A stretch of 64,000 nucleotides of DNA from the human T2T-CHM13v2.0 reference genome, Homo sapiens (GCF_009914755.1 NC_060947.1), one strand, 5' to 3'; shown: positions 1 to 14,620, counted from the first letter of the stretch. A program made the numbers and translations. The notes: generated by a model from the sequence alone, not told the origin.

Positions 1-96
1 TATTTTAAAAATGTAAAATCTCATCTAAGCTCATGGACTGTTCAAAAGCAGGCCACAAGCCAAATTTGGTTCACAGGCCATAGTCTGCTGACTCCT
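1..96. mobile_element. MER58-like hAT DNA transposon end
   Basis: ggccatagtctgctgactcct resembles the MER58 terminus. Confidence 0.5.
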
Positions 97-370
97 ATAT
101 GACATAATTAATGGAGAAAGATCTGGAAGGATATGTATCAAAGTCTAAGCAGTATTTCAAAGGAGTGTCGAGTTTAGTGGGTGACATTAAATTTTTATTC
201 TATATACTCAAACTTTAAATACATACAATCAGCTATTATTTGTGTAACATTTATAGCTTTTAAAAGATCATGTCCATTGGAGACAAGGCTGAATTATGAG
301 GTATTTTAGAAACTCAAAACTCTCCAGACTTTTTCTTCTTACCTGACCTTAAATCTTTTCTTCAACTTAC

Positions 371-542
371 CAACAGTGTGTCTCCAACTTCCCCATAAAG
401 TAAAGGTCCCAAGATTCCTGATTCATGCTGAATAGCTTCACGAGTCTTAAAGGTTTCATCTGTGTATGCCATAAATCGGACTTTTTTGTACTTCCTACCA
501 ATCCGCTGAGGGCCATTGTTCAAATATTGACTTTTATAACTT
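371..542 (-). CDS. F8: F8 exon 9 (172 bp: SYKSQYLNNGPQRIGRKYKKVRF...GEVGDTLL); gene continues beyond the window start
   Basis: tacag| acceptor and |gtaagt donor; ORF 362..604. Confidence 0.99.
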
Positions 543-826
543 CTGTATAAGAGAAAAAAAGATGAGAGGTTGGGAAGAAAAATTCTAGGTAGGCTCAAAT
601 CCAACTCTAAAACAGCTTATATGATTCAATCAAGGCAAGGAGTGAGAAAAATACAAGCTTCTCTGATGCTCAGCTATGTTAGTTTCCAAATGTTAATACC
701 CTTGCCATTTGATTCCATACCTGTACCTAACCTTAAACATGGCTTCAGGATTTGTTGGTTTGAATAACTGGTAAGAACTTTTTGAGTATGGGGAAGAGAG
801 AGTACCAATAGTCAAAAAGTGCTTAC

Positions 827-1088
827 CTGTCATCGGGGGCGAGGACTAAGGGAGCATAGTCCCAGTCCTCCTCTTCAGCAGCAATGTAATGTACCCAAGT
901 TTTAGGATGCTTCTTGGCAACTGAGCGAATTTGGATAAAGGAAGGAGAGTTGTCATCATCAAACCTGACCACATCCATTTCAGAATCAGTAAGATCATCA
1001 TCATAGTCTTCCGCTTCTTCATTATTTTTCATTCGTAGTTGGGGTTCCTCTGGACAGCTGTCTACTTTGACATAAGCTTCCATGCCAT
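827..1088 (-). CDS. F8: F8 exon 8 (262 bp; end of A1, acidic a1 region, Arg336 APC site, Tyr346 sulfation site, Arg372 thrombin site QIR|SVA, start of A2)
   Basis: ctccag| acceptor and |gtaagc donor; ORF 823..1107. Confidence 0.99.
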
Positions 1089-1127
1089 CTGGAGTCAGAC
1101 AAACCAAACAATGTCAGAGTGTCTTGC

Positions 1128-1497
1128 TATATTAGGCTGTTCTATACCAGAGACTAGGTAATTTATAAAGAAAAGAGATTGAATTGGCTCATGTTTCTGC
1201 AGGCTATATGGGAAGCATGGTGCTGGCATCTGCTTGGCTTCAGGGAGGTCTCAGGAAGCTTACAATCATGGGGGTAGGTGAAGGGGGAGGAGACATGTCA
1301 CATGGTGAAAGCAGGAGCAAGACAGAGAGTGCAAGTTGCCACACACTTCTGAATGACCAAATATCATGAAGACAGCATCAAGCCATGAGGGATTCACCCC
1401 CATGATCCAAACATCTGCCACCAGACCCCACCTCCAGCATTGGAAATTACAATTCAACATGAGATTTCAGTGAAGATAAATATCCAAACCATATCAC
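1128..1497 (-). mobile_element. MaLR (MST-type) solo LTR
   Basis: taatttataaagaaaagag...ggctca; tcaggaagcttacaatcatgg; ttacaattcaacatgagattt...atccaaaccatatca. Confidence 0.8.
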
Positions 1498-2485
1498 TTG
1501 CCTTAACTTTTATGACTTCTTTCTCTCTTATTAGGCCTTCCAGGCTCTCCCCTAAGTACCCCCCCTTTCCACATCACTATCCCTTCTTGCCACAAATCAT
1601 TGATTTAATAACAGCTTATTGGGAAAAATGTTAGTGTAGATATAAACTTTAAGACATGTTCCAAGTTCATAAAACCATGACAAGATACAACTTAAAATCA
1701 AGGAGATATATATTTTAAGAGCATGTCTGCCTGTGACTAGTTGTAAACCCTATGGCAAATGTATTCAACATTCTCAGTCTCATCTTCATGCTTTGTAAAA
1801 TGGATAATAATAATTCCTGCCCTATTTATACCACAGGGCAATTTTGAAGATCAAATACTTCTAAGAAGGGAGACCTGTTTACTTGATTATGAGGAACAGG
1901 GAAGGTTTTAGGAGCAGCAAACAACTAGTCTGGGGTTCATGTAGCCTTAAACATAACTCAGTCTGCATCGAAAAACAAAGTGTTTGGTCTGAGGTTCAAT
2001 AAGATAAAGCATTTTTTTCTGAAAAATAAAGATTAAAATTAGTGGATAGAATCTGTGAAAAGGAGAAAAACAAAACAAAAAATAAACTGAATCGGGGTCC
2101 AACTGGACAATGATTGATTGACAATGATCATATACAAGTAAATGACCTATTCCTCTGTGCCTGCAAGAATGTTGTTTGTGCATCAACTTCCTGTTACTCA
2201 TTCAGTATGACACATTTTGTCCACTAAGGTCTTGTCAAAATTCCATAAATATTATGTGACACATGGGGAAGAGAGATTTCTATTCTTAATCACTACAGAA
2301 GACAATAAACAAGGTCACTAATAGAACATAAGGAGGAAAATGGTGGATGCATGGCAAGATCAATTCTCTTTTCTAAGTCAACCAAGGAACCTGAGGAGAA
2401 GGTTAATATGAGAGTAATAGGAAGAAAGAAATGCTATTAAATATAAAAGATTAGGCCTCTCCGACATTTTTCTCCAATAACTCTT

Positions 2486-2862
2486 GCTATGGTTTGAATG
2501 TCTGTCCCCTCCGAAACTCATATTGAAATTTAATTATCATCGTGATGGTATTGAGAGGTGAACATATAAAAGGTGTTTAGGTCATAAGCGTTCCACCCTC
2601 ATGAATGGACTAATGCAGTTATCTGGGGAAAGTGTTCATGGGAGTGGATTTGTTATCACAGGAGTGAGCTCACCCTCCTCTTGCTCTCTCTCACCCTTTC
2701 TTTGCCCTTTTGTCATATAATGCCTTCCACCATGTTAAGACGCAGAAAAAGGCAACTTGATATTGGACCTCCCAGCCCCCAGAAATGTGAGCCAATAAAT
2801 TTCTGTCCATTATAAATTACCCATTCTGTGGTATACTGTTATTGCAGCACAAACTGACTAAG
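2486..2862 (+). mobile_element. MaLR (MST/MLT1A-type) solo LTR
   Basis: tgctatggtttgaatgt...aataaatttctg...ttataaattaccca...gactaaga. Confidence 0.75.
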
Positions 2863-3731
2863 AGCCTTCAATGGCCACGAGAGGGGTAGAGAAAGAGGGT
2901 TATTAGGTTGATCCAAGATTAAGAGTTAGCAGAATAAATACAAAAGTAAGGAAAATTGGGGTGAAATGATGATGCAATCTGAATTTGCACAACTAGCAGT
3001 TACAAATAAAGTTACATTAACAATAATTTAAAACTGTAGTTACCATCGTCCTAATTTGCTTACACAGAACCTTTGACCCTTTCCAAAGTTCCCACCAAAT
3101 AGTCCTTTCAATCCCATGTTACTTCTAAAATTCACTAGCTCCTGACCTGCCCTCAGTTTCACAGGTGTCTCTCATCTACTGCCAGGTATCTACAGAGTGC
3201 CTCTGGCTGTCTGGTGTCTGAAGTCAAGCTCTACAATAGCCTGTCATATTTGCTATTTACTGCTCTGGGCATTACTAATGATATAGTGGAGCCCTTACAG
3301 TTGCAATCTGGACAATGCCTTTTTTTCCCATTTCCCTAGATTTCTCCAAAAAAAAAAAAAATCTCTTCAGCTACAACTTGCAGTTCCTCTCTCCATAATA
3401 TTGGAGCGTAATTAATGGGATAAGGCTGAGAAACCAAGGGCATACTATTCTCCTCATTTTCCCACCTCAATCATCCATAAGCCATCTTTTCTCCATCACA
3501 GACATTTAACTAAAAATCCATGAGTCCTACTAATACTCAAGCCCTTTTATAGTCAAGGTAAAAACTTTACACTGGAAGCTGGAAACTAGGGGATCTTGGC
3601 TGAGGTCTAATACAGTAACTCTATAATGTCCCCTTCAGCAACACACTATATTCCTGTACATTGTCCAGTAAATTTTATTAAAAGTAGGACTGGATATTTA
3701 TAATATTCATTTTAAAGATCCAAGATATTAC

Positions 3732-3953
3732 CATGTTGGTGGGAAGAGATATGACAAAACAGTAGAAACTGTCCAAGGTCCATCAAGAGTGTTTGAGCAG
3801 TAAGGAAAGTTATTGGCGAGATTTCCAAGGACGCCTGGCGATGGTTCCTCACAAGAAATGTGTGACCTTCGAGGAATATTGAGTGCACTTCAGGAGTGGT
3901 GCCCATTCCAATCACATGCCAATAGACTGATTTCCTGTGGCATCCAATCAGAC
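3732..3953 (-). CDS. F8: F8 exon 7 (222 bp: GLIGCHRKSVYWHVIGMGTTPEVHSIFLEGH...CHISSHQH)
   Basis: tacag| acceptor and |gtaata donor; ORF 3712..3975. Confidence 0.99.
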
Positions 3954-4116
3954 CTGTAAAGTAGGAATAAGACACCTATGGCTATGAAGTAGAGAATCTG
4001 AAATGGAAAACACTTGCTAGGACAGAATGGACAAATTGACTTTAGACACTTTATTGCTACCTTGACTTGTAAACAAATTTATCAAGAACATTGGGCTACT
4101 ATCAAACCAACAGCTC

Positions 4117-5335
4117 TTGCCAAGGTCACCAATCACCATCATGCTGCTAAATCCAATGGACATTTTTCAGTCTTTATTTGCACCTGTTGACCATTCATTC
4201 GTTTTTAAAACTCTCTCTTCCCTTGGCCTCTGTGCCAACATCTCTGTGGGTTTTTTTCTCCTACTTCTCAGACTGCTCCTTCTTCTGTCTCCCCTGCTGA
4301 CCTCTTCTGGAACTCCAGGCTCATACAGCCAATCACTTTCTCAACATCTCCACCTAGATATCTCAAAAAACCCACATGTTCAAAACCAAATTTACAATTT
4401 TCATCACTTCATTCTCTTCCAGAGTTTTTTATAACAGTGAATGGCAGCATCCTGCATTTGAATATGCAAGTGAGAGTTATCCTTGTTACCATTCTCATCT
4501 CCCATATGCAGTTTGACACTGACCAGGGCAATATAATCAATAATAGCTAATATGTATTGAGCACTTGTTTTATGTCAAGCACTGTCCAAAGTATTTTACA
4601 AGTTTTAATTCATTCATTCCTCATAACAACCCTATGAATGTAGAAACCATTATCATCCATGTCTTGCAGGAGAGGAAACGGATGCCCAGAGAGGTTAATT
4701 AATTTGCTCAGTATTTGAACCCAAGTAGTCATGTGTTCAGATCCCACACTGGTAACAACAAGGGCACAGCTGCCTCCTATTTTGGCTCTAAAAGCTTTCA
4801 AATGTATCTAGTTTTTCACTGTTACTACTACCACTATCTTAATCCAAGTTACCATTATCTCGTCTGAGCTACTGATAAACTTTTTTTACAGGTCTCCCTA
4901 CAGTTGGTCATATTCTCCCCTCTAAGACTTTTACCCACAAAGAAACTGGTGTACTATTTCTGCATTCCAGATCTGATTGTAGTATCCGCCAGCCTAAAAC
5001 CCACTGGAGGCTGTCATTCCACATAGAATAAAGTCCAGACTCTCTACTAAGGACTAGAAGGCCCCAATAGGTTTGATTCCTAATACCTCTAACAGCTTCA
5101 TCTCACATTGCCTCATTTTCCCAGTTTCAAAGCTAAGTTCAAGGGGTACTTGCTTAGGGAAGCCTTCTCTGATTCCCCAGTCTAGGTCAGATTCCTGTAT
5201 TATAGGCTTACATAGAATTATGTAATTTTCCTTCAGAGTAATGCTCAGTTTGTAATTTTGCATGTATTATTATGCTTATTTGACTACAATCTGTCCCTCC
5301 ACTATAAGGTATGTGAGAACAGGAACTTGCATGTT
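4117..5335. mobile_element. Old L2 fragments with a nested MIR
   Basis: gccaaggtcaccaat...ctaaatccaatggacatttt; ccactataag...gagaacagga; MIR core at about 4540-4790. Confidence 0.6.
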
Positions 5336-7084
5336 GTCAAAATTAATTTCCTTTTTAATTATAAAATTATGCATGTTTATTATCAAATTATTGAAAAATA
5401 CGGAAAAGAACTAAGGAGAAAACATCCCCCTCATACTTCATTATTCTCTTGGGTTGCTGAATCTCCCAAATTCCTCTTTTATGTAGTTTCTGGTTTTACT
5501 ATAGTACACATTCAGTGACTATTAAGGCCCTCTATATATGAAAATGTCTTTTTTCTTCCCCCAAAATTGATTCATAGTTTGACTAAAAATTCTAGGTTCC
5601 AAATAATTTTTCCCTTAGATCTTTTACAATATTGCTTAATTATATCGCCAGTCTAATTCCCATTCTTTTGTATGCGTCCTGTTCCTCTCAGAAGAAGCTT
5701 TAAGTATCTTCTCTCTGTGCTCTGAAATGCCACAATGATAATTTTGTGTGTGGGTCTTTTTATTTATCCTAATGGGCAATTTTATTTTTTTAACTGTATT
5801 ACTTTTTATTGACACATAAATAATTCTACAAATTTATGGGTACAATGTGATGTTTCAATACATGTATACATTGTGTAATTATTCAAATCAGGGTAATTAT
5901 CATATCCATCACCTTAAATGTTTGTCATTTCTTTGTTGTGAGACCATTCAAAATCCTCTCTTCTATTTGAAATATACAATATATTATTGTTGGCTATTGT
6001 CACCCTACTGTGCAATAGAGTACCAGAACTTATTCCTTCTATCTACCTGTAACATTGTACCCATTGACCAATCTCTCCCCATCTCCCACTTCCCCCTTAT
6101 CTTCCTAGAATCACTAATCTCAACTACTATGAGATCAAATTTTAAAGATTGTACATAGGACTGAGATCATGGAGTATTTGTCTTTCTCTGCCTGGCTTAT
6201 TTCACTTAACATAATGTCCTCCAGGCTCATCCACGTTGTTGAAAATGACAGGATTTCATCTTTTTTAAATGGATGAATAGTATTCCATTGTGTATCTATA
6301 TCACAGTTTCTTTATCCATTCATCCATTGATGGGCATTTAAGTTGATTTTATATCTTGACTATTGTGAATAATGCTGTCATAAACATGGGGATGCAGATG
6401 TTTCTTCAACATGCTGATTTCATTTCTTTTTGGTATATACCCAGTAGTGGGATTGCTAGAAAATATGATAGATCTATTTTTAATTTTTGAGGCATCTCTA
6501 TACCATTATCTCTAATGGCTTAACTAATTTATATTCCCACCAACAGTGTATAAGGGTTTCTTTGTCTCCACATCCTTGCTAGCACTTGTTATTTTGTCTT
6601 TTTTATAATAGTCATTCTAACAGGGGTAAGTGATATCTCATTGTAGTTTTGATTTTAATTTTCCTGATGGTTAGTGATGTTGAGCATTTTTCATATACCT
6701 GTTGGCCATTTGTAGGTCTCTTTTGGAGAAATGTCTATTCAGGTCTTTTGTTCATTTTTAATAGGATTATTTGGACTTTTGCTATTGAGTTGTTTGAGTT
6801 CCTTATATATTCTAGATATCAATCCCTTGTCAGATGTATAATCTGCAAATATTTTCTCCCATTCTATAGGTTGTCTCTTCACTCTGTTGATTGTTTCCTT
6901 TGCTGTGCAGAAGCTTTCTAGTTTGATGTAATCCAATTTCTTTATTTTTGCTTTTGTTACTCATGATTTTGAGGTCTTGTCTAACAAATTCTTGCCCAAA
7001 TTGATGTCATGAAATGCTTACACTATGTTTTCTTCTAATAATTTCAGAGTTTCAGGTCTTAAATTTAATTCCTTAATCTATTGT

Positions 7085-7418
<334 letters not shown>

Positions 7419-8160
7419 TGACTTTCATACGTGGTGAGAGATAGGGGGTCTAGGTTCATTCTTTTGCATATGGATATCCAGTTTTCCCAGCACCATTTAT
7501 TGAAAAGACTGTTCTTTACCCATCATGTATTCTTGCCAACTTCGTAGAAAATCAGTTGGCTTTAAATGTTTGGGTGTATTTCTGGGCTCTCTATTTTGTT
7601 CTATTGGTCTATATGTCTGTTTTTATGTCAACACAATGCTGTTTTGGTTACTATAACTTTGTAGTATAATTTGAAATCAGGTAGTGTGATGCCTCCAGGT
7701 TTATTCTTTTTGCTCAAGACTTCTTTGGCTCTTTGGGATTTTTTGTGGTTCCACACAAATCTTAGGATTGTTTTTCTATTTCTGTGAAGAATGACATTGG
7801 AATTTTGATAGGAATTGCATTGAATCTGTAGATTGCTTTGGCTTTAATAATATTAATTCTTCAATCCATGAACATGAAATATCTTTCCATTTATTTGTGT
7901 CTTATTCAATTTCTTTCATCAATATTTTATAGTTTTCATTATAGAGATCTTTCACTTCCTTGGTTAATTTATTTCTGGACATTTTTTGTAGCTATTGTAA
8001 ACGTGATTGCTTTCTTGATTGCTTTTTCAGATTGTTCACTGTTGGCATATAGACATGCTATCAATTATTGTATGTTGATTTTGTAGACTACAAGTTTACT
8101 ACATTCATTTACTAGCTCTAACAGTTTTTTGGTGTAGTTTTGGCAGTTTTCTATATATAA

Positions 8161-8519
<359 letters not shown>

Positions 8520-10130
8520 AAACAGGGACAATTTGACTTCCTTCTTTCCAATTTGGATGTCTTGCCTAATTGCTCTGGCTAGGACTTCCAGTACTGTGTT
8601 GAATAGAAGTGGTGAGGGTGGATATGCTTGTCTTATTCCAGTTCTTAAAGGAAAAGCTTTCAACTTTTCCCCACTCAGTTTCATCTTGTTTGTAGGTTTA
8701 TCATATAGGTATGCTCCTTCTATACTTTGTTGAGAGTTTTTATCATGAAGGGATATTGAATTTTGTCAAATGCCTTTACTGTGTCTATTAAAATGATAAT
8801 ATAATTTTTGTCCTTCATTCTTAATTTGCATATGTTAAACCATCCTTACATCACTGGGATAAATCCCACCTGATCATGGTAAATGATCTTTTAATGTGCT
8901 GTTGAATTCTATTTCTAGTATTTTGTTGAGGATATTGGCCTGTAGTTGTTTGTTGTTATTGTGCTTTTGTCTGGTTTTGGGATCAGGATAATGATCATTA
9001 TCCTCCTAAAATAATTTTGGAAGAGTTTCTTCCTTTTCAATTTTTTGAATAGTTTGTGAAGAATTGGTATTAGTTCTTTAGATGTTTGGTAGAATTCAGC
9101 AGTGAAGCCATTGGGTACTGAACTTTTCTTTGATGGGAGACTTTGTATTTTTGCTTCAATCTTGTTGCTCATTGTTGATTTGTTCAAAATTTCCATTTTT
9201 TCTTGATTCAACCTTGGTAGGTTGTATGTGTCCAGGAATTTATCCATTTCTTCTAGGCTTTTCAATTTGTTGGCTTATAGTTGTTCATAGTAGTTTCTTA
9301 TAATTCTTTGTATTTCTGTGTTATCAGTTGTAATGTCTCCTTTTTCATGTCTGATTTATTTCTGTTTTTCTTCTTTATTATCACTTAGTCTGGCTAAAAG
9401 TTTATTGACTTTTTTTTATCTTTTCAAAGAACTAACTAACTCATTATACTGATCTTTTGTATTTTTTAGTTTCTATTTTGATTATTTGTGCTCTCATCTG
9501 TATTCATTCATTTCTTCTAATAATTTGGGGTTTTGTTTGTTCTTGTTTTTCTAGTTCCATGAGATGCATCATTAGGTTGTTTATTTGAGATTTTTTTTTG
9601 ATGTAGGCATTTATTGCTATAAACTTTTCTTTAAGGACTACTTTTGCTGTATCCCATAAGTTTTGGCATGTTATGTTTCCATTTTCATTTGTTTCAAGAA
9701 ATTTTTTAACTTCTCCTTTAATTTCTTCATTGACCCATTGTTTGTTTAGGGGCATGTTCTTTAATTTCCATGTATTTGTACAGTTGTTCCTCCTGTTGTT
9801 GATTTATAGTTTTATTCCATTATTGGCAGGAAAAAAATACTTCATTTTAAAAAAGTTAGTTAAGACTTGCTTTGTGGCCTAATGTATAATCTCCTGGAGA
9901 ATGTTCCATGTGCAGTTGAGAAGAATGTGAACTGTGTAGCTGTTGGATGGAATGTTCCGTAAATGTCTGTTTGCTCTATTTGGTCTACAGTGCAGTTCAA
10001 GTCCAGTGTTTCTTTGTTGATATTTTGTCTGGATGATCTGTCCATTGGTGAAAGTGGGGTGTTAAAGTTTTCTACTATTATTTCATTGCTGTCTTCATTT
10101 CCCCCTTGGTCTATTAATGTTTGCTTTATA

Positions 10131-10177
10131 TTAGGTTGGTGCAAAAGTAATTGTAGTTTTTGCCCTTACTTTTAATG
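10131..10177. mobile_element. Half MADE1 (Hsmar1-derived MITE)
   Basis: ttaggttggtgcaaaagtaattgtagtttttgcc matches the Hsmar1/MADE1 TIR after a TA. Confidence 0.85.
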
Positions 10178-10274
10178 AGACTAGAAAATACAAAGATCAA
10201 ACATTAATATATTTAGGTGCTCCAATGTTGGGTGTATATATATTTATGCTTGTTACATTCTCCTGTTGTATTAA

Positions 10275-10596
<322 letters not shown>

Positions 10597-10813
10597 GTTT
10601 GTCTCTTTTTATAGTTTTTGACTTGAAGTCTATTTTATCAGATATAAGTATAGCTATTCCTGCTTTCTTTTTGTTTACATGTGCATGGAATATCTGTTTC
10701 TATCCCTTCGCTTTCAGTCTATGTGTGTCCTTACAGGTAAAGTCTTTCTCTTAGGCAGTATGTAGTTAGATCTTTTTTTAAAAAAAAATTCATTCAGCCA
10801 CCCTATGTCTTTT

Positions 10814-11241
10814 TTTAAATTTTTTTATTTTTATTTTTATTATACTTTAAGTTTTAGGGTACATGTGCACATTGTGCAGGTTAGTTACATATGTATACAT
10901 GTGCCATGCTGGTGCACTGCACCCACTAACTCGTCATCTAGCATTAGGTATATCTCCTAATGCTATCCCTCCCCCTTCCCCCCACCCCACAACAGTTCCC
11001 AGAGTGTGATATTCCCCTTCCTGTGTCCATGTGATCTCATTGTTCAATTCCCACCTATGAGTGAGAATATGCGGTCCAAATGTCCAACAATGATAGACTG
11101 GATTAAGAAAATGTGGCACATATACACCATGGAATACTATGCAGCCATAAAAAATGATGAGTTCATGTCCTTTGTAGGGACATGGAGGAAATTGGAAATC
11201 ATCATTCTCAGTAAACTATCGCAAGAACAAAAAACCAAACA
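10814..11241 (-). mobile_element. 5'-truncated, 5'-inverted young L1 (L1PA2-type) with TSD
   Basis: L1 3'UTR on minus 10814-11074, inverted piece on plus 11076-11241; TSD c(c/t)ctatgtctttt; GAG diagnostic (gatgacGAGttagtggg). Confidence 0.9.
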
Positions 11242-14200
11242 CTCTATGTCTTTTAGTTGGAGAATTTAACCCATTTGTATTCAAGGTAATTTTTGATAGG
11301 TAAGAACTTGGTAGTGCCATATTTTTACTTGTTTTCTAGTTGTTGTGTAGATCCTTTGTTCCTTTCTTCCTCTCTTAATCTCTTCCCTTGTGGTTAAGTG
11401 ATTCTTCTATCAGTATGTTTTAATCCCTTGCTTTTTATTTTTAGTGTATCTATTATAAAAATTTTTGCTTTGTAATTACCATGAGGCTTACACAGAATAC
11501 CTTATAGTTATAACAAGTTAGTTTGAACTGATAACAACTTAATTTTGATTGCAAGAAAATTTTTTAAAAAATCGACTCCCAAATTTTGTGTTTTTGATGT
11601 CATCATTTACATCTTTTTATATTGCTTATTCTTTAACAGGTTATGGTAATTATTTTTATCTGTTTTGTTTTTTAATCTTCCTACTAAGGATATAAGTGAT
11701 TTATGTTCTACAATTACCATGTTAGAGAATTCTGAATTTGTCGGGATACTTACTTTTACCTGTGGGTTTTATACCTTCAGATGTTTTCATGTTACACATT
11801 AGGACCTTTTTCTTTCAGTTTGAAAAACTCCCTTTAGCATTTCCTGTAAAGCAGATCAGGTTGCAATGAATTTCCTCAGTTTTTTTTTGTCTGAAAATAT
11901 TTTTCTCTCTCTTTCATTTATGAAGGATAATTTTGCTGTGTACAGTATCCTTGGCTGGCAGGTGTTTTTTTTTTTTTTTCTCTCTCTCTCATTCTCTCCT
12001 GGCTTGTAAAGTTTCTGCTGAGAAATTCACAGTTAGTCTGATAGCGGCTCCTTTACAGGTGACTATATGCTTTTCTCTTGCTATTTTTAAATTTTTTTCT
12101 TTGACTTTTGATAGTTTGACTATAATGTGCCCTGGAGAAGACCTTTTTGCATTGTATTTATTTGGGTATTTTTGAGCCTTCTTTATCTAGATGTCTAAAT
12201 CTCTTGGTAGACTTGGAAATTTTTCATCTAATATTTCATTAAATAGGCTTTCTAACCTCTTCATTTTCTCTTTGCCTTCTGGGACACTGAAGATTCAAAT
12301 ATTTGGTCACTTTATAGTGCCTAATATGTCATGAAATCTTTGCTCATTTTTTAAAATTCTTTTTTCTTTATTTTTGTCTGATTGGGTTATTTCAAAAGAT
12401 CTGTATTTCAGTTCTGATACTCTTCTGCTTGGTCCGGTCTATTGTTGAACCTTTCAAATCTATTTTGTATTTCATTCAATGAATTCTTTGGTTCCAGAAT
12501 TTTTGTTTGGTTCTTTTTTGATATCTATCTCTTGGGTAAATTTCTCTTTCATAGCCTCAATTGTTTTTCTGTGTTCTTTGTATTTTTTTCAGAATTCTCT
12601 TGTATCTCACTGAGTTTATTTAGTATCAAAATTTGGAATTATTTTTCCAGGATTTCATAAATTTTTAAAGAGATGTTGGCCAGTTTACTTAAAAACCAAT
12701 GGTCACATATACTGTTTTGCTTGTAAACTATGATTTTTTTATTTTGTGGATACATAGTAGGTGTATATATTTATGGAACACATGAGATGTTTTGATACAG
12801 GCATGTGATGTGAAACAAACACATCATGGAGAATGAGGTATGTATACCCTCAAGCACTTATCCTTTGAGTTATTAACAATCCAATTACACTCTTTATTTT
12901 AGAATGTACAATTAAGTTATTATTAACTATAGTCACCATGTTGTGCTATCAAATAGCAGGTCTTATTCATTCTTTCTATTTTTTTGTACCCATCTTAAAT
13001 TTTTTTTATTTGGATCTCTTGCTACAGAATTATTGTGCTCCTTTGGAGTGTCATAGTTCCTTGATTTTTCATGTTTCCTGTGTCCTTACATTGATATCTG
13101 CACATCTGGTGTAATAATCACTTTTTCCAATTTTTAAAATTTGCTTTTGTAGGAAAGAACTTTTTCCTGAAGATGTATCTGTGGTGTTGCTTGGGTAGAG
13201 CACTTCGGTTTTGATTCTCGGTGAATGTAGTAGCCTCTGTATAAGATTCTAAACAGCATCAGTGATATTTGTGATTTTCTCAGTGGCTTAGGGTGTGGTT
13301 ATTAGTGGAGGCTGTGGTGAAGTTTTTCTGAGAAGTGGGATGCCAGGTAGGCCTGTCTTCAGGCCCCAATGGTGGCAGCAGTGGGCTGAGTGTGCTTGTC
13401 TTTGGTGTACCATGGTGGCATATGATTGCACTGGTTTTAGGTCCAGGCAGGTTGATTTGTGGGCCTCCAAGTGGTTTACTTGGGTGCCAGAAGTGGTATT
13501 GATGGATCACATGGGTGGGTGGGTTCTCAAGTTCCTGGGCAGCAAAGTGGCATGGTTGATGGCAATCATAGCAATGAAACAACCTGAATCTCAAGTGGTC
13601 TGTGCTGGCGTTGGTTGTGGCTGCTATGGATCGCATGGCCAGTCTCCAGACCCTCAAGTGGTGCATGCAGTGAGTGCTAACTGTGGCAGTAGTGGCAGGT
13701 TGAGTGGGCCTGACCTCAGACCCCAGGAGGTGCTCAGGTGCCACCAGTGGTGGACAGGGCTAAGTGATCCCTAGGCCCCTGGATGATATGCTTGGGTACT
13801 GGGGGCAGGTAGAGCTGGGCTACGTGAACCTGCCCTCAGGCTCCTTGGTGGTGTGTGAGGTGCTGGTTGTGCTATGCAGGGGTGGGGTGATACCGAGGTC
13901 ACTAGCAAAATGCTCAGGTTGGGGTGCAGCAGTAGCTGTGCTATAGCCCTGCTCTTGGTGAAGGTGGGGTTGCTTTCTCAGGGAGTAGCTGTAGGCAGGT
14001 AGCTTGGGAGCACAAGGTTCACTAGTGTTTTGGCCCCACAGCAGCCTGCAGCAGCAGTGGTTGTAGGTAGTGGAATTTGTTCTTGGAATATGTGAAAATG
14101 CATGGGCACTCCTCTGCTGGGTGGGGCAGGATCACTGCTCAGGGCTCCTGCCTAAGTCACGGCCATCATAGCAGGGCAGGATGTGTGGGCTGTGTTCTCA

Positions 14201-14620
14201 AAATGGTGCTGTGCTGCAGCTGCTTGGGAGAATTGCAGAATCCAGCGTGAGCTCTCTGTTGCAATGCCTTCACACGGTCTTTAGGCAACTCCCTATGCTA
14301 GTCTCTGTGCTGTCAAGGAATAAGGCGCTCTCCTGTGGCTAGGATTGCAAGAGTCCTTGGTGAAAATGAGGAACACTAAGGGTCTCTTACCTTTTCCCCA
14401 CATTAGGAAGCTGTTCCAGACTCCCAGCCAATCCCAGGCAAACAGGCCTTATTTCTCTCTCCTCCCTTGCTTTCAATGCTTCCTGTCACTGCTCTGTTGA
14501 ATTCCAGTGTTCTCTCTTAGATGACCTATTCAAAGTATAATTATCTACTTGCTACTTTGGTTCCTCTCCATGGAAGGGATGAACACTAGATGCATCTAGT
14601 CAACCATCCTGAAGCCCCTC

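Noticed and set aside
540-545. NAGNAG tandem acceptors at exon 9 (CAG AAG) and exon 4 (TAG GAG, 27548-27553)
   Set aside because: Distal AAG/GAG acceptors are rarely used and the sequence alone gives no support
13280-13946. 154-159 aa ORFs on both strands
   Set aside because: Within a GC-richer L1 5'UTR; no homology or splice support
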